Under the pieces are notes generated by a model. It did not search any database, had not been told where the DNA came from, and was given only the letters and a program-made list of their open reading frames with translations. DNA of 64,000 bases from Octopus sinensis (lineage: Eukaryota), in NCBI RefSeq assembly GCF_006345805.1, contig NC_043001.1, positions 29,388,001 through 29,452,000 on the forward strand, in the 5' to 3' direction. Below, piece by piece: positions 25,901-40,284 of this stretch; the first letter of the stretch is position 1; the number at the start of each line of letters is the position of its first letter. The position numbers and the translations under genes are program-made.

Positions 25901-28900
25901 TAACTAACTATCATTGATGACAGAATTGGTGTTCACTACACTCACAATCTTCATGGCTCAGGTCTCCATTGTGAAATACTTTAAAACCTTTTCGAGCCGA
26001 CCACTCACTGGTCATTTCCTCACCAAATGTTTCATTGATATCATGAACAGTTTCAGCTGCTTTACATCGTTTTTTGAAGTTGAATAGCAAAATTGCTCGA
26101 ATATTGTGCTTTGACAGTTCCATTTCAGATGATTGTAACAAAAGGGAAAGAAAATCAATGTTTATTTATTTGGGCAAGTCTATGTCTGTATTATCAGATA
26201 ATTGCAAAAAAAAAAAGAATGTTTAAATTAAATTCAAATCCCTGCAAAAATCTGGTACAAATTCTTCATGGTTCAAAACGTTGATTACTTTTTACTCAAC
26301 TTGATAATAAAAACTGACTTACTTGAACAATATTTATATTGACACCAACAAGTGGCTTCGCCACAGTTATTACTCCATTTGAGTTCATGGCAAATAGTTC
26401 TACATTGTTAATCATTTGATATTGTAACTGTCCCTGTAAAAAGAAAGTTGAATGATTATATATATATTGTCATCATCATTCTCATCAATTAACATCTGCT
26501 ACACACACACACATACACACACAAACAAACAAATAAATATATATAGGTTTACAAGCACCTGTACACACATACATGCATATACAAACACACACAGAAAATG
26601 ATTTCTTCGTAACATATTAAAACTGTTCCAGATGATATCAATATAAAGTATTTGATAACATAAAATAAAGAAATCATATTAATTTGATTTTTTTCCCCAC
26701 ATAAAAAGAAGTGAGATGGTGAGTACGTGAAGCTGTTCCTCAATAAATTATTCTATATTCAGATGATAGAACCGAGCTGTCATTAAATGTCCCTTTTGTT
26801 AACATATTTCACTGTGTTTATTTCAATTAATTTTGAAATTAATTTAGAATTTAGTAAAATAACTTGGTAATTATTATGTTGGAATTTGGAACATAAATTA
26901 ACATGAAATTGTGATAGAAGGTTTAAATTCAGATCACTTTAAATCAACAAGTTTATATTGTAGAATCAAGGACAGTCTCAGGTAGCTTGGTATCAAAAGG
27001 GTTAAGTAGTAAATAGATTTCTCTGAATTTTGATGTTGATGATTCTATGTTTGATCAACTGAATTACCTGCTCATTAAATTAACATGAGTGGCTGGTCAT
27101 TCTGACCATTCAACAGATATGTATACCTATTTCTTTATTACCCACAAGGGGCTAAACACAGAGGGGACAAACAAGGACAGACATAGGTATTAAGTCAATT
27201 ACATCGACCCCAGTGCGTAACTGGTACTTAATTTATCGACCCCGAAAGGATGAAAGGCAAAGTCGACCCCGGCGGAATTTGAACTCACAACGTAACGCAG
27301 ACGAAATACCGCTAAGCATTTCACCCGGCGTGCTAACGTTTCTGCCAGCTCACCTGGTATACAGATATGTATACCATTAATGTAATCTTTAGGTAGAATT
27401 AGTCTGATTCATGTACGATAATGTGTTTTTGAATTACAAACATAATTTATCTGATATTCTTCTGCCCAATTTCCATTTCTCCAATTTCATTCACCAGGCC
27501 ACAAAGCCAAAGGTAAAAGATACTTTTCCAAGATATCACACACTGTAGCAGTGGAATCAAACTCGAGACCTTGTGACTACAAAGCTAACTTTTTTAATCC
27601 TTCTGTTATGCTGCATCCATATTGAAATTGGCACCTGTGCTGGTGGCATGTGTAAAAGGATTCGAGTGAGGTTGTTGCCAGTACTGCCTGACTGGCCCAC
27701 ATGCCGGTGACACGTAAATAGCATCGACTACACTCTCAGAGTGGTTGGCATTAGGAAGGGCATCCAGCTGTAGAAACTCTGCCAAATCAAGATTGGAGCC
27801 TTGTGCAGCCATCTGGTTTGCCAGCCCTCAGTCAAAATCGTCCAACCCATGCTAGCATGGAAAGCAGACGTTAAACGATGAACGGTGAGTGATACTGATA
27901 ACTGAATAAAGACAGAGGCAAAGCTGATAATTATGTGACTCACCGCAGATTGTGTAGGATCATTTGCTCTAACTTGGAAGACATAAGAGCTTACTGCTGC
28001 TGCCTCGTCCACAGACACTTCATACATGCTTCTATCAAAGAATGGTTTATTTGAGTGCAAAATGCTGATTACTACTTGTGCTCTAGATGTTTGTGGCTTG
28101 CTACCAGAATCAGATGCTTCAACATTGATCTAAAAAAATAAATAAATAAAATGTGAAGAGGTTTGTGGCATAATAACAATAACGGTAATGATTAGGAATT
28201 AAATGTTTAAAATTTTATGAGAATTATGACTGCAGTTATTAATAAGTGGTGCCCTGTAGTGTTTATGGATTAAACACAACATAAAGAAAAAATGTTCATA
28301 TTTACCGTATATCAAAATATTCGATTACTGATTCAAGATATATCATCAACTATAACCCTTTAGCATTCAGATTATTCTGTCAAATGTAAAGCTTATTTAT
28401 TCACACCATGTAAAATTAATCTTGCATCATTTCATGGCTTTGTGATTTCAATGATGTGATTGTTTATTTTTAAAATGACACAATAAGGTAGCTATGAATG
28501 ACCATATCTGACTAGTTTGAACATAAAATAGGTAGAATGTAATAATAATAATAATAAAAACATTGTGTACAGTGCTCAGGTGCACTACAACTCATCTAAA
28601 GTGTATGTATAGTACATAGGGTAATGTACAAGCGTCATGACATACACATATGTGTATGAGTATGGAAGGGGGACAATCAGGTGTAGTTTCGGCGGATTTC
28701 AGAAAGCATGAGGGCCTTAAAGGATGCAGTGTCATGGCAGTCAACAACGGACGCAGGCAGTTTGTTCCATGCTTCAGCAACTCTGAGCGTGAAAAAATGT
28801 TTCCGAAAGTCATGGGAGCTGTGCTGTTTTCTGGCTGGATATGGCCGGTTTAAACACCAAAGGGTTAAATTCACTGCTGTAAGCTGCCAAATCATTGTGC

Positions 28901-30324
28901 AATGACTAAACAATGTTCTGCTTTTAACTGTGGAATGTTGAATTTAGTTAAATGAAAACACCAGAATTACACCAATCTTTTCAATACTTGAAGACATTCA
29001 TTATCCAGAAAATGTGTTTCTAAGAAAAAGGAATGAGTTACTTAGAATATGTTCTTTTTCAAGCAAAACCATTCCCAACTATGATATTAGATAAATATTT
29101 TTATGAGAATTATGACGGCAGTTATTAATAAGTGGTGTTCTGTAGTGTTTATGGATTAAACACAACATAAAGAAAAAAATATTCATAATTACCGTATATC
29201 TGTCTTGACTGACTCCAGATAAGCTACTTCGAAGATAAATTATGCCTGTATCAGCATTCATTTCAAACAACTTTTGAGACTCTGTTGGACCAGTTATTTT
29301 GTATCTTATTTCTGCATTTTTACCCTAGAGCACAAACAAATATTGAAATATGCATTAATTCATACTCATGCATTATAAAAACGATAAATGTCACCCTCAT
29401 CAAGCCTAGCCAGGCTCATGGGCCTGGTTTCCTGGTTTCTGTGGCGTATGTGTCCCCCCCCCCGTCCCCAGCTGGATGGGACGCCAGTCCATCGCAGCGT
29501 TACTCAAGAAACATGAAGAGAGATTGAGAGAAAGTTGTGGCGAAAGGGTACACCAGGGGTCACCACCACCTCCCGCCGGAGCCTTGTGGAGCTTTTAGGT
29601 GTTTTCGCTCAATAAACACACACAACTACTGTGAGTCCACTACCCTAACCACTAAGCCACGTGCCTCCATACTCATGCATTATAGTACATAAAAATATCA
29701 CCCTCATCATCATCATTCTCATCATTGTTTTTACATCCATTTTTCCATGCTGGCATATGTTAGAGAGAACCTGCAGAAGAAGACCTTATACCACTATATG
29801 CTAATCCTAAGCACATATACATAGGGAGTGTGAAAGAGGTGGAGAGAGAGAGGACGATTTTATTATTAAATGCCTCTTTTTCTGTTTTGCCCTTTAATTC
29901 AATATATAATACTTTCATTTGGAATTTGTGGGAAAATGGATAAATTTTTTAATTCCTTCTAACTCATTTTCAACAAGCAATATAATACATGCTTAGAGAA
30001 ATGCAAAACAAAAGAGAAAATATTTGAATACACTTACTGTGTCAGAGTCAGTGGCTATAACTTGAAATATACTAACAAGAACTGGAGTGGTATCACTAAC
30101 AGACGTAAAATATGGAAGACCTGTGAATACTGGTGCATTATTATTCCTTAGTACTGTAACTATCAGAGTTGCAGTGGACCTGCGCTGAGGATCTCCTTGG
30201 TCTTCAGCAGTTATGGTAAGCTGATGGAAGATAAAAAGAAAGATAGAAGAATAGGAACAAATAGTGAGCAAAATATAGGAATTTTTGTTTCTTGTACAGG
30301 ATTTGACAAAGAAACCTGGAAAGT

Positions 30325-30382
<58 letters not shown>

Positions 30383-33300
30383 TATATATGTGATCTCTTG
30401 AGCACCACGTGATCTCTTGAGCACCAACATGTGATCTCTTGAGCACCACCAGCAAAAATATTTTTTTCCTCTGTCTTCCCTTCTTGGGATCTTTCCTTCT
30501 CCTTGTTTCCGACGAAGAGCTCCGCTCAAAACGTTAAACCCTCCTTCCCTTCTTTCCTGAGCATCAAATAATACTTTAATTGTTCCACGTCCTCGCGTTG
30601 CTGTGTTTTTTTCTGTGTTTTCTTGTTTGGATTAACTATATATATATATACACACACACATTATATATATATATATATATATATATAACTTTTCTAGCAA
30701 AGACCATCATATAAGTCTATTTACTTCATCAGCTTTTAAAATCAACAACACGGGGTATTTCATGTGGTTACTCAACCTGCTAGTAACAGCAACCAAATTT
30801 TTCTTGAATCACTACCATTTAAAAAAAAAAAAAACACTGGAAAATGTGAATCAAGATACATTATATCTAAACATCAAAAAAACATGGTATTGTCAGAGCT
30901 GACCTTGGCTAATCAATAACAATAACAGAGACTGCTTTTGAAAGTAAAGGCCAAATTTGTTATAATCCTAGAATGAGAAATCTTTTAGAGAAATATGAAA
31001 ATAATTCCAAATGTACTTACTGTATATCTAGATGATGTATCTTCTGATAAAGGCCTAGCGATGGATATTACTCCTGATAATGGGTTGATAATGAAAAAGG
31101 ATGAACCTGTCCCCTGCAAACTGTAATAAATCTTGTTTTCGGGATCCTAGAGATAAGAGAAAAGGGATTTCAGAAATAATTTTTATAAGGTGTTTATTAT
31201 AAAGTAAATTATGATATAAATTGATTCATGGCAGTCTGTAATAATTGAATATAACTGGAATTTCTCTTGTGTCAACAAATTCTACATGCAATGCATGGAT
31301 GAAGGTAGACATGTCCGTGTTGATTCGTATTGTATCCACAAGATCACAGGTTCAGTTCCTCTGTGTGACATCTTAGGGAAATGTATTTTACTACAACTTT
31401 ATGAAGTGAGTGAAATTTGGTAAAGAAGTCTGTTGTGCTTATATGTGGTGTGTGTATGCATGTGTGTGTGTGTGTGTGTGTGCGTGCGTGATATGCACGC
31501 ACATGTGTGCATTAGTGTGTAAGTAAGTATATGGTTCTACCGCCTTTGTATTGACACAGCTTTGGCTGTGGTGATGTTTATTTACATCACCCAGGAACAG
31601 AATGTCTTGGAACTGTGAAAAAGGCCAACAAAATTAAAGTACCTTACTTGATAAACAAAGAAAGGTTGGTGACAGGAAGGGTACCTGATTATAAGATACT
31701 GCATCAAAATATTTTGCTCAACTCATGCTAGTATTGAAAAATTTGATGATGACGATGATGATGATGACAATGATAATGTTGATGATGGTGATAGTGATAA
31801 TGATGATAAGAAGGCAGAGGACAAATACACAAACCAATGAGGAATCTTCTTCAGGGTTACACAACCTACTAGAAATAAATGCTAAATCACATTCAAATTG
31901 CACTCTACCATCTTGAAAATGGAGGTATGCTTAAGATTATGTCTTGATTTGCAATGCTTGAAAATAGGTTGGGAATGATTGTAGCTGGGCATCAGAGCTA
32001 ACTGAGGTTAGACATAACAACATATAAAGTATGATCAAAATATTCGATTACTGATTCAAGATATATCATCAACTATACATGTGTTTAAATTCACTGCTGT
32101 AAGCTGCCAAATTATTGTGCAATGACTAAACAATGTTCTGCTTTTAACTGTGGAATGTTGAATTTAGTTAAATGAAAACACCTAGCCCTAACCCTAACAC
32201 TTACCTCCATCTTTTCAATACCTGCAGACATTCATTATCCAGAAAATGTGTTGGCAGTTTCTAAGAAAAAGGAATGAGTTACTTAGAATATGTTCTTTTC
32301 TAAGAAAACCATTCCCAACTATGATAAATGTTTGTTATAAGTAGGCACCTATGGGATTTGAGAAAGAGACTTACAAATTTCTATATTCCCATGCCAGTGG
32401 CACGTAAAAAGCACTATCTGAACGTGGCCGAAGCCAGCACCACCTTGACTGGCTTCCATGCCGGTGGTACGTAAAAAGCACCAATCCGATCGTGGCCGTT
32501 GCCAGCCTTGCCTGGCACCTTTGCCGGTGGCACGTAAAAATCAGCCACCACACTCACGGAGTGGTTGACGTTAGGAAGGGCATCCAGCTGTAGAAACACT
32601 GCCAGATCAGACTGGAGCCTGGTGCAGCCATCTGGCTTCCTAGACCCTGGTTAAACCGTCCAACCCATGCCAGCATGGAAAACGGACGTTAAACGATGAT
32701 GACGATGATGATGATGAATATACTGCCATATAACTCTTCTGTCCTATAACATTTTAACCTCTCATCATTTGACAAACAAATCTTTCTCGGTTGAGTCATG
32801 CGAGCTATTTTGTAGTCTCATGGATACTGGTGTCACGTAAAAAGCATCCAGTACACTCTGTGAAGTGGTTGGTGTTAAGAAGGGTCAAAGCAGATATTGG
32901 GGACTTAGCGCTGTTCTCTGGCTTGTCAGAATCTGTTGAATCATCCAACCCAATGCCAGCATGGAAAACAGATGTTACATGGTGATGATGATGATGATGA
33001 TGATGATGGAGAGGATTTTAACATTTAAGTTTATCTCAAACTATCACAAAGAAAGAACTATTCTGTTTTCTTATTAATAAAGAAAAGTTGCAAAAAATTT
33101 ACACACACACGTACACACACAGACACGCACATTATATATATATATATATACACACACACACAAACATACATACATGCATACATACATATATATATATATA
33201 TATATGAAAAAACAAGTCAAAAATAGAAAATGCTAAGATAATTTTATAGTGAATCTTTCACTATATAGATGAATCTGTGAATTTTATAGTGAATCTGAAA

Positions 33301-33384
33301 GATTCACTATAAAATTATCTTAGCATTTTCTATTTTTGACTTGTTTTTTCATATATATCAACTCGTGTGTTCCTTTCCACCCTT

Positions 33385-33460
<76 letters not shown>

Positions 33461-34661
33461 GTTTGGATTAGATGATTAAAGGATATATAAATTTGAGTTA
33501 CCGTTATGTCAGAATCTTGTGCATTTGCATCAAAAACAAAGGTACCAACTGCATCATACTCAAAGACAGTTTTAGTGTATGGTGGAGCAGGTGTGAAAAC
33601 AGGTGTGTTAATGTTCTTGATTACAGTTATAGTCAGTAGAGCAACTGTAGCAATGGTGGGGTTTGTTCTTAAGTATGCTTTAATTACAAGCTGAAATTAA
33701 CAACAACAACAAAAAAAAATCAATGAAAAATCTCAAAACATATCTGCAAGTTTTCAATACTTGATAATAATAATAATAATAATAATAATAACAGCAACAA
33801 CAACAACTACTTCATTTAATTGCCACCAGAGAATTTGATAGAGAAGTCATTGCAAGTAAAGAAAATAAGATATTACGGATACATAAAATGCAGGGTTTAC
33901 ACAAAAATCAAATGCAAAAAAATAAAAAAAAATAAAGAGATGAGATGTAGACATATTATACAGGAGTGGCTGCATGGTAAGTAGCTTGCTTACCAACCAC
34001 ATGGTTCCGGGTTCAATCCCACTGCATGGCACTTTGGGCAAGTGTCTTCTAATATAGCCTCAAGCCAACACAGTTATAGTAAAATAGGTTGTCATCATCA
34101 GCATCATCATCAAAATCATCGTTTAATGATAATGAAGTTAATTTACTAAATTCTTTGTTATATTTAAAATAATTGAAGAAAACACAGAGCATCTCAAAAT
34201 AAATACAGTAATGAAAGGGTTAAACCATACCAATGGGATGAGCCAATCTAACATCACCATCAAATGAGGCATCTTTCAAGGTGACTCATTTTCCCCCATT
34301 ACTCTTTGCATGGCACTGATCCTACTCTCAAATGAACTGAGTAACACCAGGTGTAGGTTCAAAATGTATGATATTATTGTAAATCATTTATTTTATATGG
34401 ATGATGATCTGAAGCTGTTAGCTAGAAATGATGAAAAACTAGTAGGGCTATTAATAAGGCCAGCAATCTGAGGGGAAGAGGAAAGTCAATTACACCAGTG
34501 CCAGTGCTTGGCTGGTACTTATTTTATTGACTCTGAAAGGATGAAAGGTAAAGCAGCATTTGAACCCAGAACATACAGGTGAATGAAATGCTGCTAAGCA
34601 TTTAGCCTGGCACACAAGCAATTCTGCCAACTCGCCAGCTTAAATAATAATAATAATAATA

Positions 34662-34704
<43 letters not shown>

Positions 34705-36479
34705 TTTGTCTTGGTATAAAAGATGGGCTACAGCAAATATTCTGCTCAATACCACAGATTTGCTTGTCAGTTGTTTGACCGTAACCAGTTGAGCATGTCC
34801 CTTAGTGGCTGACGATATGTGCATCTCTGATCATGAGCAGAAGTAGTGGGGGAGCATCATAGCCATGTGTTGAGAGGGATTCTTTGGGGTTTGAATAATT
34901 CACCTCTGGAAACATGGGTGGTTCTTTCAACATCCTTAAACAACCCTTATTCAGGGACCTGTTGAGCGGGATGGGCTACTCAACCTGAAGAAAATTCTAA
35001 CTGGGCCCCACCTGCAAGGTCATGTGCTGTTTATCTTGATATGAGATCACCATGTCGCGCACATATGGTTGTGATGCATGTGCCTGATGTGCCTTTATCA
35101 GACGGGTAGTCATGATGGGTATATTGGGCTTCGTATATTTTACTCCAGTGTCACTTTGATGGCATAAACTGCTCTCTCACTCAATAATAATAATAATAAT
35201 AATAATATGATGATGATGATGATGATGATAAATAACACAGTTGATTACTTTAGTTTGTGGCAAAATTCGTAAATATTTCAATTTTACGCGTATATTGTAA
35301 TATTCAACATACAATTTTCAAGACAATTTTTAAAAAAATATATTTATAGCACAAAACTTACCACAACAATGGGTTTTTTGCCTGTAAGTTGAGTCAATGG
35401 TTGCTGAACATACACAACACCTGTATTTGTAGAAATATTGAAGTATCTCATTCCTAGACTTGTACCAGTAAGTTCATACTGAATTTGGCCCTGTAATGTA
35501 AATATGTAAATATATATATAAACAAATGCTTCTTGGAAATATTTGGAACAACAAAGATTTATATACCCACAAACACACACATGCATATATATTCATATAA
35601 ATATATTTTTGTTATATATATATATATGGGAGGTACCCAAAAAGAAACTGGAATTTTGCAATATTACTTTATTCACTTGTTTACACTTTTATTGCCTTCA
35701 AAGTATTCTCCATTTGAAGCAATGCATTGTTCCAGGTGTATTTTCCACTGTTTGAAGCAGTACTGGAACTCTTGTGAAGTGGTGCCTTTTAACACCTCCG
35801 GCGGTCTTTTCTTTGCCTCTTCCACATCTGCAAATTCCACAGTACCAACTTTCATCACCAGTGATGATCTTTTAAAAACGGTCCAGATCAACTTCTAATT
35901 GTTCTTTCAGTTCATAATACACATTCAGTCATGACTGCTTTTGATTTTCCATGAGCAAGTAAGGCACAAATTTTGCTGCAACTCATTTCATTTACAATTC
36001 CTCACTCAAAATTCATTGATAGGAGCTCCAAGACACACCAGTCATATCAAGAAGTTCGTTATCAGTTCATGAATTATCATATTTTCATTCATTTGGAAGG
36101 TTGATAGTTGCCTTAAACGAAGTTGGTCTTCAAGCAATAAATGACCCTTCCTAAAGCATGAAAACTACTCGGAAACTTGTGTTTCACTTATGGCAGTGTC
36201 TTTGTAAGTTGTCTGAACCATGAAAACTATTTTGGCTGCTGATTCCCCAGCAGAAAACAATATATACATACATACATACATACACACATACATTTCTGAA
36301 TATGCAAATTTTATTATATAATGCTGAGCATACATATTGATGTAAACATCTATGCATAATTTCTTAAGTATTGAAATATATACTACAATGAAGTAGGTTG
36401 AGAAATGGTCATAATCATTTGAAAATCACTGAGTCAAATCTATCTTTACCTCTCATATCTGACTTTATGCTTCATATAT

Positions 36480-36510
<31 letters not shown>

Positions 36511-36515
36511 GTATG

Positions 36516-36547
<32 letters not shown>

Positions 36548-36561
36548 CACACACACACACA

Positions 36562-36644
<83 letters not shown>

Positions 36645-36688
36645 ATATATATATATACATATATATATATACACACACACATACATGC

Positions 36689-36729
<41 letters not shown>

Positions 36730-39700
36730 CACACATATATATATACACATATATATATATACATATACATATATATATATATAACATATATATATATATA
36801 TTACATATACATATACATATATACACATATATATACATATACATATATATATATACATATATATACATACACACATACATACACATACACACACATGCAT
36901 GCACGTGTGTACACACACATATGCACACACACACACACAGAGGATTGTCTGAAAAGTTCATTGGCTGACCAAGTCACTTCCATAGAATGTGATCAAATTA
37001 GGATCAATTTTCTATATAGCCTCTCTTGCAGTCCATACACTTCTTCTATTGGTGTTGCAGTGCCTGTATCCCACTGCAGTTATGATACACTGATGAGTTT
37101 TTGATCAGGTGTCAGAGGATATGGTATCCACCCAGCAAAATCCTTCATCATGCCAAGCTCATTGTGCACAATATTCTCCACTATCTCATGCAATTATTAA
37201 TAAGAAGAGTTGAAATTAATGTATACAAGATTTCGTGGCTCTAGCATCACTCCTTCATAGTCAGCCTGTGAACTTTTCAGTTCACCCTTGCATATGTATG
37301 TCTGTGTGTGTCCCTCTGTGTGTGTGTGTGTGTGTGTGCGTGTGCGTGTGTGTGTGTCCATGTGCCTGTGTGTGTGTGAGTCCATCTGTGTGTATGTGTA
37401 TGTTTGTGTATTACATCTGTATATTTAAGAAGTGTGAATATGTTTTAGAGCATGTAAGCATGAGAGGAAGTGTATTTTTTTCTAAAACAGAAGTAGAACG
37501 TAGAATGATGCAATATCTATTTGAAAGCTGAAACACTGCTCTTTTGCCTGAAGATTTAAAAAGCGAAACTAAGAGTAGTGATTATGAAGTCTCATCTTCT
37601 AATAAATACGTCTATGTGAATGTATATGAAGGTATGTAATACATTGTTCACAAAAAGGTGAAGCCAAATATCTTACTAGGTTAGAATTGGTTGCAAATAC
37701 AGAGAACACACTTGTTCCAACTGAAGTGTCAGCAGTTTTTTCTGTACTATAAAAACTCTGAGTAAAAATTGGAGGCTGGACGTTTCTGAACACTTCAATC
37801 CTCATCATAGTTGTGGCTGTCTTTGGTGGTGAACTGTTGTCAGCAACTTTCACTTCAAACTGGCAGAAAAAATGGCAAAAGAAATACGAAATTAGTATTT
37901 TGTGCTTCAATTTGACAAAATGGATGTATTATCCATCAAATCTGGCATTAATTTTTAACAGCAAGATAAACTGAAAATATGATATGTTCTTCTCTAAAAT
38001 ACATTAAAACACCAACAGGAGATTTGAACTTGTGGCTCTTGTCCAATACTTTATTTACCTGGCCAACTCATCCTACTTCAATTATTTATACAAACAATTA
38101 CAAAATCACCCAGTAAAATATAGGAAGACACATCCGTAGAAAAGAATTATACAATTGCCTATCTTGAATTCTTTAATATATACCCAATATTCATATTCAT
38201 TTGCAAAAAGTAAATACTGTACTAGTTGGTGCAGAGAGGACGGACTTTTTGGAAAAATTCGCAAAATCATTAATTTTAGATGCAAACAAATTTTATTGAC
38301 ATCAACGTGTTTGTACTGAATTAGCATTTGTCAAAATTAAGCGTGGAAAACAACATCCATCATGTGGTGTCCGTTTTCATTGATGAATTTCTGAAGGCGT
38401 TCTTGGAAGTTGGCCTCCACACTCTCCAGCATTGCTCTGTTGATTTGGGTAACTTCCACATGAATAGCTTCCTTCAAATCATCCAGTGTATTGAGCTTAT
38501 GTGCATACACACATGCTTTGAGGTTTCCCCACAAGAAATAATCACACATGGACAAATCAGGAGTCTGAGGGGGCTAAGGAATGTCAGCAAACTTGAAAAT
38601 GAGGCAGTCACTGAAGAAAGGGCAAAGAACATCCATTGATGCTCTGACTGTTGCCCCATCCTGTTGAAACTACACATGTTGAATAGCCATACGTTTTCAT
38701 CATAATTCAGGCACAAAGTTGCTTATCATTTCAACGTAATGCTTGGAATTTACAGTAACCATTTCCATTATTGTTTTCAAAAGAGTAAGGACCAATGATG
38801 GTAGCTTTTTCAACAGCACACCAGACCATCACTTTTGAGTGGTGCAGTGGTCTTTCATGTGGTTCTCTTGAATTTTCAAGAGCTCAGTAACAAGAGTTCT
38901 GTTAATTCGCTATGCCGTTGAAATGAAAATGAGCTTCATCACTCATTAACAAAATGAGTTTGTCATTTGCCTCAAAAATTGTTTCCATCTGACGTGTGAA
39001 GTTAAGCCATTGTGCATAGTCCCATGGTTTCAACTATTACCCAATGACCAATTTGTACGGGTGGAAATGCATGTCTTCATGCAAAATACACCTTACCAAT
39101 CAATTGCTCTCCTCAGTGGAATGCTTCTGAGCAGAGCAATTCAGACTCCATTTCAAAGCTTGTCTGATACATTCCATATTTTCCAGGGTCTGTACCATTC
39201 ATGGTGCTCCACCAGTCTCTTATTCATTAGTGTACTTCATGTACAAAAATACATTCACCCAACATAAGATTGTGGGAACATAAGGTGGGAACAGCCTGAT
39301 TTCAGTGAATGTTGAAGTGGTGCCAAAACGCACACTGAACTGCCGTGACAGACTTGTTATTCTTCACATAACTGTTGTAGGCAAACATGCGATACTCTAT
39401 TGTCCACAGTGCTGTGACTTCACCTGAAAAGAAAAAAGTGCTAAGACACCACAGGCTGAATGGTACCTGTCAGACATATGTCCCTCCCACTGGGGCTGAG
39501 TAATAGCCATTTCAAAAACGTCCATCCTCTCTGCTCCACCCTGTATATAGTGGAAGAGTATTGTGGTCTATTCACTATCTATGATTTCAGTCATACATAG
39601 CCAAAATTTCAAGAAACTGGAAAAAAAGCAAGACTCTGTTCTCTTTAGACAAAAAGAAAACAATACAAAAAAAACAAACAAAAAAAAACAAAAACACGCA

Positions 39701-40227
39701 AAAACAAAATCCTGTAAATTATCTTTCAGTGGTAACTTACATTGAAAATACTTGGACTACTGGCTGTTAGAGCTTTAATCAAAAGGACATCACCATTGGA
39801 ATTCACTTTGAAGTAAGATTGTGCTTGAGAGTTAGGAAGACCAAATGAAAACACAATTGGATCCTATATGTAAGAATAAAAACAAGAACAGAGAAAATAA
39901 ATTGTTGTGAAATCTAAAAAGTACTTTCACTTTTACTGTCATCAAATCATTTAACAATATTTTATGTAGCAACAGGAAAGGGTTAGTAACAGGAAGGATA
40001 TATGACTAAAAAAACAATATGCTTTTTACTCTTTTTCTTGTTTCAGTCATTTGACTGTGGTCATGCTGGAGCACCACCTTTAGTCGAGCAAATTGACCCC
40101 AGGACTTATTCTTTGTAATCCTAGTACTTCTTCTATCAGTCTCTTTTGCTGAACCACTAAGTTGCGGGGATGTTAAACACACCAGCATTGGGGGGGCAAA
40201 CACAGACACAAACATATATGCACACAC

Positions 40228-40284
<57 letters not shown>

